Below, piece after piece: positions 19,580-27,288 of a stretch of 64,000 bases of DNA. Both the position numbers and the translations under genes were made by a program. Location of the stretch: the NCBI GenBank assembly GCA_020053795.1, contig JAGVMN010000012.1, positions 11,347 to 75,346 on the forward strand, written 5' to 3'. This stretch comes from Bacteroidia bacterium. Lineage in GTDB: Bacteria > Bacteroidota > Bacteroidia > NS11-12g > UBA9320. Numbering within the stretch: position 1 is the first letter of the stretch; every line of letters begins with the position of its first letter. Under the pieces are notes generated by a model. The model had not been told where the DNA came from and searched no databases. It saw only the letters and a program-made list of their open reading frames with translations.

Positions 19580-20476
19580 ATGGACACTGGAGCAATTTGG
19601 ATCATAGCGACTGCATCATTGGTTGCCGCAAATGCAGCCATTTTAGGTTCATTCCTTATTATGCGAAAAATGACCATGTTGGCCGATGCCATTTCTCACG
19701 CGGTTTTGCCGGGTATCGTTATTGCCTATTTCATTTCGGGCTCACGAGCATCACTACCTGTGTCAGCAGGGGCGGCCGTTTCCGGCATTTTGGCGACTTT
19801 TCTGATTCAAACCCTGACCAAAAAAATGAAGATGCAGGAAGATGCCTCAATAGGGTTATCATTCACTTTTTTGTTTGCCATCGGGGTGGTGCTCATCTCT
19901 TATTTCGGAAAGGACATTGATCTGGATCAGGATTGCGTTTTGTATGGCGAAATTGCCTATGTGGCTTTAGATGTTTGGAAGATAAACGATGTGAGTATTG
20001 GCCCCAGACAATTTTGGATATTGGTCATCAACCTGATCATTGTGGTTGGTTTTGTTTATCTGTTCTATCAGCGATTGGTGTTAACGACCTTCGATCCGGC
20101 ATATGCGGCCTCATTGGGTATCAGCATAGTCTTTTGGCTTTATGCTTTGATGGGCGGTGTTTCTCTGACAACCGTTTTGTCCTTCGAGGCAGTTGGTGCT
20201 ATATTAGTCGTTGGTTTTTTTGCGGGATTGCCTGCCACTGCTTATTTGCTTTCGAATAATTTCAAACAAATGATTTTCATTGCTGTTGGTCTTGGCGTTG
20301 TTGCATCAATTCTCGGGTATTTTTTGGCTGCATGGGTCAATGGATCTGTTGCAGGGGCCATGAGTGTGATTGTTGGAATTGAGTTCTTCGTTGCTTTGGC
20401 CGTAAGCAAATTGGGCAAATTCAGGATACAGCCAAATCACGAAAAAGTCATAAAACCGACATTGGGTAAAACTTGA
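19580..20476 (+). CDS. Metal ABC transporter permease (ABC-3 family), second subunit
   Basis: 298-aa polytopic protein with LADAISHAVLPGIV (paralogous to LIGDVIAHSVLPGIA in the previous gene). Starts 2 nt after the upstream stop. Confidence 0.85.
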   Translation: MDTGAIWIIATASLVAANAAILGSFLIMRKMTMLADAISHAVLPGIVIAYFISGSRASLPVSAGAAVSGILATFLIQTLTKKMKMQEDASIGLSFTFLFAIGVVLISYFGKDIDLDQDCVLYGEIAYVALDVWKINDVSIGPRQFWILVINLIIVVGFVYLFYQRLVLTTFDPAYAASLGISIVFWLYALMGGVSLTTVLSFEAVGAILVVGFFAGLPATAYLLSNNFKQMIFIAVGLGVVASILGYFLAAWVNGSVAGAMSVIVGIEFFVALAVSKLGKFRIQPNHEKVIKPTLGKT

Positions 20477-20775
20477 ATACTTGTTTCTGTAAGCTTTGCC
20501 TATTTTTGAGTTTATCTTTATGCGAAGCAAAATAATTGCAAGTTGTTCGTCACCCTAAAAGACGACACTACCGACAATAAACGAACAGAAAAAAGACAGA
20601 CTAAATGCCAACGCTTCGCAAAATAATAAGAGCTGCAACCACCAGTATAAGCCGACCGAATTTGCAGCACATTTTTATTTTGCCCAACCGCACCCGAGTC
20701 CAAGCACCACCCTGACAAATGGAAAGTTATTTGGGGGCAAAGGGGCACTAAAATATTAACTTTGAGACTTTAAAT

Positions 20776-23700
20776 ATGGGACGTTCGACTGTACATTACG
20801 CAGACAATAAAACAAACAATGCTTTAAAAAAGCTACACAACAAGTTAAGACCTGCTGGTACACCTGTTCAACGAGTGGAGTATATCATTGAATTGCTTTT
20901 ATTGAGAATTTTTGAAACCAAAATAAAACAAGACGAAGAGTTTAAACCGTTACGCAGACTTTTTTCGGCTGACTATGTTTGGAAAAACCCCAAAACGGGT
21001 GTTGAGGAAACAAACGAAAATCGTTTATTCTCTTATTTGCCCACAGTTTCCAACGAGCAGATTTTATCTGAACTCAACGATAACTTTTTTCCATTCTATT
21101 CAAGCATTTTGCACAGTGCAAGACAAGTGTTTGAAGGAAACCTTCCCCAAAAAGTTCAAGACCAATTGGTGTTGATTGAAGAAGTTTTCAGCAACTCAAA
21201 TTTCACGAACAATGTAAATAGCGGAAATCTTGGCGAAGTAATCAGCATTGTTGCCAACGACATTGAAGAAGCAAGGCTATTGAAAACCGACCTTTTAGGT
21301 GATGCCATTGAATCGGCTTTGAGTGAAACAGGCGGAACAAAAGATGTTGGACTATTCCGAACGCCTGACCATATTCGACAATTTATGACGGCTATGATAG
21401 AGCCGACTTTTGACGATATAATTTTTGACCCTGCTTGTGGTACAGGTGGTTTTTTGTTTGATGCTTTTGAATTTGTAATGCGAAGAGTTGACCCCGACCG
21501 TGAATGGCCGGGCGAAAAAGCTCATTCTGAATTATCGGCTTGGTTTGACGAGTATTTTAAGTTCAATCAATTGGACTTTCCGAGCATTGAGCAAACCACA
21601 CAGTTTTACCGAAGTGGCGTAACAGGCATTGAATATTTGGGAATGATTCGCAAAATGGCGGCTATCAACTTTTATGTTCGGGGCTTAAACCCTGCCAACA
21701 TTGAGCAAGGCGATAGTTTAGCAAAATATAGACCCGTAACCGACCACGAAAGCAAATCGGTTATTTTGGCCAATCCACCTTTTGGGGCACAACGTGACCA
21801 GGAAAGTTATCCTGATGTTTGGGGCGAATATTCCAAAGAATCGGAAACCACTATTTTGTTTGTGAAACTGATGTTTGAGCAACTCAAAGCAGGTGGCAGA
21901 TGTGCCGTTGTAGTTTCAGAAGGTTTTCATACCTGGGACCAGTTTAGTGCAAAGGCTTTGCGTAAAATGCTATTGGACGAAGCCCAACTAAAAGCCGTTA
22001 TTTCTTTGCCGCAAGGTTTGTTTGTGAGCAAAAGCGGACAAGGCCCCAAAACGAGTATTCTCATTTTTGAAAAAGGTACTTCGACAGGCTCAGTAACCAC
22101 TTCGACAGGCTCAGTATCTACCGACTGGACTTGGTTTTACAAAATAACCAACGATGGTTACACCATGGGAACCAACCGTAAGGAGCAAAAAGGAAATCAA
22201 CTGATTGAATGCCTTACGCTGTGGCACGAATATGTAAAACATGGTAAGCAACCGCCCGAAACCAAAAACCAATTTTGCATTCCTGCCGAATGGATTAAAA
22301 CACTTGACCCACGGATAAAAGAAAAAATCCGCACAGAAACCCGTGCCGATATGGAAGTGAAAGGCAAAATTGAACGGGAGAAAAAAGAGGCCGACCTTGA
22401 TAAAAAGATAAAAGCAAAAAAAGCTACCGAAGCCGACAAGTCAATGGAACTGAAAACCTTTGACCAAATGCTGGAAAACCGCATACAAAACGAAATTGCC
22501 AAACGTATTGACAAGGCACACAACTATTCTTTCAACTTAGCCAATTATAAAAGCAGTATCAGCGACAGCCAAATTGTAGAATGGACGGAAGCACTTAAAC
22601 ACATTCAGCCAAATGGAGCAACTACGGTAGAAGATGTTTACAAAAAACTGAATAACGGCAAGCCCGAAAACATTTTACCCTATCTGCTAAAACTAAACCC
22701 AACCAATGCACTGGAAGCCGACATTGCCCGGGAATATGTAAGCAATTTGGACAACGACCTTATTGCAAAACATAAGGAGTTGAATGTGATTAAGGAGATT
22801 TTGAAAAGCGGTGCAAAATATCCAATGGTTAAATTGAAAGACTATTTGATATTGAATGAAAACAAAATAAAGCCCAATAAAAACCCTGATGTAAATTACA
22901 AAGTGCTTGGTGTAAGCAATGAAGAAGGCATTTTCTTAAACGAAAAACTACAAGCCGAAGAAACCAACCAAAGCTATTTTGTAGTGGCGAAAAATGAATT
23001 TTGCTACAACCCATACAGAATAAATGTGGGAAGCATTGGCTTAAATACCAACGACTACGACAACCAAATTATTAGCGGTGCGTACATTGTGTTTGCTTGC
23101 AAAGAAGATGAACTCAACCCAAAATATTTAGACACACTTTTTAAGAGCAAAGGTTTTTTGAATTATGTGAACGACAAAGCCAATGGCGGAGTGCGTATGA
23201 ACTTTAAGTTTGAAGATATGGCAGCCTGGGAAATTCCCTTGCCTTCTCTTGACGAACAAAACGCCATTGTTGCCCAAATTGAAAAACAAAAAGCGATTAT
23301 TGAAGGGGCGGAAAAAATCGTTTCTAATTGGAGTGTTGATATTGATTCCTATTTGTCGCATTATTATTTTTCACAAAAGCCAATTTCAGATTTAATAGTT
23401 GATTCGCTCTATGGTTCTTCTGAAAAAGCAGATTATCAAGAAGACGGCTACAATGTTTTAAGAATAGGAAATATCGGTTTTTGTGATTTCAAACTAAGTG
23501 ATATTAAGAAATCAGTATTATCAGAAAAAGACTTTAAAAAATACGAATTAAAGAAAGGAGATTTTTTAATAGTTCGGTCAAATGGCAATCCAAATCTTGT
23601 AGGCAAATGTGCTGTTTGGGATTCTGATTTGCAATTTGTCTATGCTTCCTATTTGATTAGGTTTAGATTCAAATTAGACGAAATAAACCCCAAATATGTA

Positions 23701-23991
23701 ATGTATTTCTTAATGAGCGAAAAAGGTAGAAGTTTATTGAACCCGACTGCTGGCGGTGGAACATACAATATAAGTGCAACAGATTTTCAAAAAGTTCAAA
23801 TTCCTTATCCAAATCCAGAAATTCAAAACAAAATTGTTGCTGAATTAGATGCACAAATGGAAGTTTTGAACGGCTTACGAAAAATAAAAACCGAAGCCCA
23901 AAAGAAAATCAATCAAATCTTAGCAGATGTTTGGGGTGTAGAATTTTCAGAACCTATAAAAATGGAGATAGCGGATGAGCAAGAAAATTAA
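20776..23991 (+). CDS. hsdM: Type I restriction-modification fused methyltransferase-specificity subunit (HsdM-HsdS fusion)
   Basis: HsdM-N-like start (LHNKLRPAGTPVQRVEYIIELLLLRIFE). SAM motif I FDPACGTGGFLFDA and motif IV ILANPPFG. A Lys/Glu-rich coiled-coil linker follows. Then come two target-recognition domains, each followed by the HsdS conserved helix (IPLPSLDEQNAIVAQIEKQKAII; IPYPNPEIQNKIVAELDAQMEVL). Confidence 0.8.
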   Translation: MGRSTVHYADNKTNNALKKLHNKLRPAGTPVQRVEYIIELLLLRIFETKIKQDEEFKPLRRLFSADYVWKNPKTGVEETNENRLFSYLPTVSNEQILSELNDNFFPFYSSILHSARQVFEGNLPQKVQDQLVLIEEVFSNSNFTNNVNSGNLGEVISIVANDIEEARLLKTDLLGDAIESALSETGGTKDVGLFRTPDHIRQFMTAMIEPTFDDIIFDPACGTGGFLFDAFEFVMRRVDPDREWPGEKAHSELSAWFDEYFKFNQLDFPSIEQTTQFYRSGVTGIEYLGMIRKMAAINFYVRGLNPANIEQGDSLAKYRPVTDHESKSVILANPPFGAQRDQESYPDVWGEYSKESETTILFVKLMFEQLKAGGRCAVVVSEGFHTWDQFSAKALRKMLLDEAQLKAVISLPQGLFVSKSGQGPKTSILIFEKGTSTGSVTTSTGSVSTDWTWFYKITNDGYTMGTNRKEQKGNQLIECLTLWHEYVKHGKQPPETKNQFCIPAEWIKTLDPRIKEKIRTETRADMEVKGKIEREKKEADLDKKIKAKKATEADKSMELKTFDQMLENRIQNEIAKRIDKAHNYSFNLANYKSSISDSQIVEWTEALKHIQPNGATTVEDVYKKLNNGKPENILPYLLKLNPTNALEADIAREYVSNLDNDLIAKHKELNVIKEILKSGAKYPMVKLKDYLILNENKIKPNKNPDVNYKVLGVSNEEGIFLNEKLQAEETNQSYFVVAKNEFCYNPYRINVGSIGLNTNDYDNQIISGAYIVFACKEDELNPKYLDTLFKSKGFLNYVNDKANGGVRMNFKFEDMAAWEIPLPSLDEQNAIVAQIEKQKAIIEGAEKIVSNWSVDIDSYLSHYYFSQKPISDLIVDSLYGSSEKADYQEDGYNVLRIGNIGFCDFKLSDIKKSVLSEKDFKKYELKKGDFLIVRSNGNPNLVGKCAVWDSDLQFVYASYLIRFRFKLDEINPKYVMYFLMSEKGRSLLNPTAGGGTYNISATDFQKVQIPYPNPEIQNKIVAELDAQMEVLNGLRKIKTEAQKKINQILADVWGVEFSEPIKMEIADEQEN

Positions 23992-24015
23992 AAGGGGGTC
24001 GAATTCCATCCATTT

Positions 24016-24039
24016 AAACCCCTCGAATTCGAGGGGTTT
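24016..24039. repeat. 24-bp perfect palindrome AAACCCCTCGAATTCGAGGGGTTT between hsdMS and the KilA-N gene (possible terminator/operator)
   Basis: Read directly from the sequence. The arms are 24016-24027 and 24028-24039, centred on GAATTC. Flanking A3/T3 make it symmetric. It lies 25 nt after the hsdMS stop. Confidence 0.8.
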
Positions 24040-24060
24040 GAAAATTAAAATTTTAGAACA

Positions 24061-24879
24061 ATGGCAAAGAGCAATAAAATAAATGTAAAAAACACCGAAA
24101 TTCTCATATATACCGAGAAAGCAAATGAGTTTATTAGCCTAACTGATATTGCCCGATACAGAGACGCAGAACGAAGCGATTATATTTTGCAAAACTGGAT
24201 GCGTAACAGAAGTACTATTGAATTTATGGGGCTTTGGGAAGCTTTCAACAATCCTGATTTTAATTCCATCGAATTCGATGGAATTAAAAATTTATCTGGT
24301 TCCAACAGTTTCGCCTTGACACCGAAAAGATGGATTGAAGCTACCAATGCCAAAGGGATTGTTTCAAAAACAGGGCGTTACGGTGGTACATTTGCCCACA
24401 AGGATATTGCATTTGAATTTGCTTCGTGGTTAAGTGCCGAATTTAAGTTTTATCTAATCAAAGAATTTCAACGCCTCAAAGAAGAAGAGCAAAAACAAAT
24501 AGGCTGGAGTGCTAAACGAGAGTTGGCAAAACTCAATTATCATATCCATACCGATGCCATTAAACAAAACCTTATACCCAAAGAACTAACAGCTTCGCAA
24601 ACTTCCATTATTTATGCCAATGAGGCTGATGTTCTCAATATGGCGTTGTTTGGCATAACAGCAAAACAGTGGAGAGATGCAAATCCTGATTTGAAAGGAA
24701 ATATCAGAGATTATGCAGGCATTAATGAACTAATTTGCCTTAGCAATATGGAGAATATAAATGCGGTATTTATCAACGAGGGATTGTCACAGAACGAGCG
24801 ATTAGTTAAACTCAATGCGATTGCCATTCAGCAGATGAAAATATTAACCGAAGTAGAAAACCGAAAATTGTTGAAATAA
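24061..24879 (+). CDS. KilA-N domain-containing DNA-binding protein embedded in the R-M operon
   Basis: The N-terminal block FISLTDIARYRDAERSDYILQNWMRNRSTIEFMGLWE...TGRYGGTFAHKDIAFEFASWLSAEFKFYLIKEF matches the KilA-N pattern. The gene ends 1 nt before the hsdR ATG. Confidence 0.7.
   Translation: MAKSNKINVKNTEILIYTEKANEFISLTDIARYRDAERSDYILQNWMRNRSTIEFMGLWEAFNNPDFNSIEFDGIKNLSGSNSFALTPKRWIEATNAKGIVSKTGRYGGTFAHKDIAFEFASWLSAEFKFYLIKEFQRLKEEEQKQIGWSAKRELAKLNYHIHTDAIKQNLIPKELTASQTSIIYANEADVLNMALFGITAKQWRDANPDLKGNIRDYAGINELICLSNMENINAVFINEGLSQNERLVKLNAIAIQQMKILTEVENRKLLK
24258..24289. repeat. 32-bp perfect palindrome TTTTAATTCCATCGAATTCGATGGAATTAAAA inside the KilA-N coding sequence
   Basis: Read directly from the sequence. 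The arms are 24258-24273 and 24274-24289. It encodes DFNSIEFDGIKN. It shares the TCGAATTCGA core with the palindrome at 24016-24039. Confidence 0.9.
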
Positions 24880-24880
24880 T

Positions 24881-27262
24881 ATGGCAACGAAAATTAACGA
24901 GGCTACTTCTACCGATTTGCCAATCATACAACGATTAGTAAATGATTACGGCTGGAAAGTTGGCGATACTTTATTGTATCAGCAAATTTATGATCTTTCA
25001 GAAAACCTAAAAAAAGATTACGCTAACCTTAAAAATATTCGTCCCGATATCGTTTTACAAGATTTAAATGGTGAAGTTTTAGCCGTTATTGAAAACAACC
25101 TCGACAAAGAAAATAAAGACTTGTTGAAATTGCGTACTGTGGTAACGCATTTGCTAAAACCCCGATTTTTGTATGCTTGTAGTGCCGAGCGTATTTTGTT
25201 TTACGACAACACTTGGAAAGGTTTAGAGGCAGGAGAATTTAAGCAAGTAACTTCCTTTATGAGTTTGGAAGATATGAAGCTCAAAATTGAGCAGCAGAAA
25301 AAAATTGCTTCCAACAAAGAAATTACTATTGACACCACCATTGCCGGCGGTTTAGACCCAGGCATTGGCAAAGAAAGATATTACCAACTGCAATGTATCC
25401 GCACAATAATTGAAAACTACAAAGCAGGAAAACAAAAAATGCTAATCCATATGGCAACAGGTCTGGGCAAAACCCGAACAGCCGTAGCCTTTGTAAAAGC
25501 ATTATTGGGAAGCGGTTTAGCCAAACGAGTTTTGTTTGTGGTTGATAGAAGAATGTTGGCCAAACAATCGGTTGATGATGGCTTTGCACTCATCAGACGT
25601 GAACATACAAGCAGTTGGATAACTACTTCCAATTTCAGAGCAAGAAAACACGCCAGTATTCACATCGTTGTTATTGATACATTGGAATTAATTCACAGCG
25701 ATTTGCCTTCCAACTATTACGATTTAATTATTGTGGACGAGTGCCACCGAAGTATAAACGTAAGCAGGAAACTAATCTTCGACCATTTTCTTTGCCCGAG
25801 AGTTGGCTTAACCGCCACGCCAAGAATAGCAACACCCAAAGAAGGAACAGAGGTCGATGATGAAGATTTGGCAATCATTGACACATACAAATTGTTTGGT
25901 TGCGAAACAGGCGAACCCGACTTTCAATTTGATATGGACAGAGGAATTAGCGAAGGTTTTCTTGCACCCTACAAACCCATTGAATTGCTTTCTTCACTGA
26001 TACAAGAAGCCGAAGAAAACGGAATATCATTTGATCACGTTTTAGACCCCGGAGAAAAATATGTTATTGCTCTCGGTGCAGAAAAGAAACTGAAATTAGA
26101 ACAGCTCAACCGCAAATTCATTTCAGAAGAAAACTGTTTACGCATAGCAGAAGAACTTAAAAAGAATACGCAATACGGAGAGAAAATAATTCTCTTTGGC
26201 GTTAGTCAGGCACATTGTATGGAGTTAGCAAAGGCAGTTAACACCGTTTTTGAAAAAGACCTTTCAGAAAAGCCTTATTACGCTGAAGCAGTAATTTCAG
26301 AAAACAACGAACTGAATGAAACGCTAAAAGCATGGTTTAAAAAGCCCTATCAAAAACCCTATGTCGTCACTTCGGTGGACATTTTAAGCACAGGAGTTGA
26401 CATTCCTTGTGTTCGTTACATTGCTTTTGCGGGGCTTACAAAATCGGTAGGCAAATACATTCAAATGGTTGGGCGTGGCACACGACTTGACCCGAAAACG
26501 GGCAAGTTTAGTTTCACTGTTTTAGACTTTGTTGGCTTGTGCAGACGAATGGAAGACAACGGAAAAGGAACGCTAAAAGAAAACAATATAGTTGTAAAAC
26601 CTGGCGACCAAAAACCAAAAGTAACTGGAACACCACAACTGAAAGGCAACTACTTTTTAATTGACAACCCCGACCCTGCTCATTTGATTCAACGTGTAGA
26701 AATTCATGGAGATTCAATCATTGTTAAAGACAATATTCCCATTGAAGAAGCCAAGAGAATTTTTGAAGAAGAATTAAAGAAAACACAAGAGCCGGTAATG
26801 GCAGACTTGAAAGAAAAAGCCAAACAAGACAACTATCAGCCAACAGAAGAAGAAATGGCTAAACTGCTTGACTGGTTAAGCAAACCAAACACATTTTTGG
26901 ACGAAGGACATTTGCAAAAAATGTACGACTTCCCCGAAGGTTCGGCTTGGGACTTCTTGCTTCACGCTTTAGGTAAAAAGAAAATTCCGACACCGAAAGA
27001 ACGCATTGAGAAAAACTATCTTTCATATATACACACTTACAACTTTACAGACGAGCAAATAATTGTGCTGAAAAAGATTAAAGATGTATTTGCTTCCAAC
27101 TTTGCTTCTAAACGTAGCATAGACGAGAAAGAAATTTTTGGAAACCCTATTTACGAAAGGCTTATTGGTTCGTATGACGACATAAACAAAAAGTTTGATG
27201 GTAAATTCAATTTGGTAATTAATGACTTAAAACAAACATTTGGAAATAGAATAAACGCATAG
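24881..27262 (+). CDS. hsdR: Type I restriction enzyme R subunit (short, EcoAI/EcoEI-like type IB architecture)
   Basis: N-terminal HsdR_N-like region (IRPDIVLQDLNGEVLAVIENNLDK). SF2 helicase motifs I MATGLGKT, II VDECHRS, III LTATP and VI QMVGRGTR. A C-terminal helical domain resembles the EcoEI R C-terminal domain. Confidence 0.8.
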   Translation: MATKINEATSTDLPIIQRLVNDYGWKVGDTLLYQQIYDLSENLKKDYANLKNIRPDIVLQDLNGEVLAVIENNLDKENKDLLKLRTVVTHLLKPRFLYACSAERILFYDNTWKGLEAGEFKQVTSFMSLEDMKLKIEQQKKIASNKEITIDTTIAGGLDPGIGKERYYQLQCIRTIIENYKAGKQKMLIHMATGLGKTRTAVAFVKALLGSGLAKRVLFVVDRRMLAKQSVDDGFALIRREHTSSWITTSNFRARKHASIHIVVIDTLELIHSDLPSNYYDLIIVDECHRSINVSRKLIFDHFLCPRVGLTATPRIATPKEGTEVDDEDLAIIDTYKLFGCETGEPDFQFDMDRGISEGFLAPYKPIELLSSLIQEAEENGISFDHVLDPGEKYVIALGAEKKLKLEQLNRKFISEENCLRIAEELKKNTQYGEKIILFGVSQAHCMELAKAVNTVFEKDLSEKPYYAEAVISENNELNETLKAWFKKPYQKPYVVTSVDILSTGVDIPCVRYIAFAGLTKSVGKYIQMVGRGTRLDPKTGKFSFTVLDFVGLCRRMEDNGKGTLKENNIVVKPGDQKPKVTGTPQLKGNYFLIDNPDPAHLIQRVEIHGDSIIVKDNIPIEEAKRIFEEELKKTQEPVMADLKEKAKQDNYQPTEEEMAKLLDWLSKPNTFLDEGHLQKMYDFPEGSAWDFLLHALGKKKIPTPKERIEKNYLSYIHTYNFTDEQIIVLKKIKDVFASNFASKRSIDEKEIFGNPIYERLIGSYDDINKKFDGKFNLVINDLKQTFGNRINA

Positions 27263-27288
27263 CCAACGCATCAAGACAGCAGTAAACA

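Noticed and set aside
20607-20617. GCCAACGCTTC at the left border of the R-M island nearly matches GCCAACGCATC at 27262-27272 on the right border; possible att-like direct repeats
   Set aside because: It is only a 10/11 match. My rough estimate is that such a match between two ~100-300-nt intervals occurs by chance at a frequency of about 0.2. Extending the alignment gives only ~55-60% similarity. Both borders are A/C-rich, which inflates chance matches.
23994-24012. GGGGGTCGAATTCCATCC resembles a tRNA T-arm (GGTTCGAATCC) and could be a tRNA-derived att remnant
   Set aside because: There is no acceptor stem, anticodon arm or D-arm around it. The similarity is limited to TCGAAT, which is better explained as part of the TCGAATTC palindrome family reported above.
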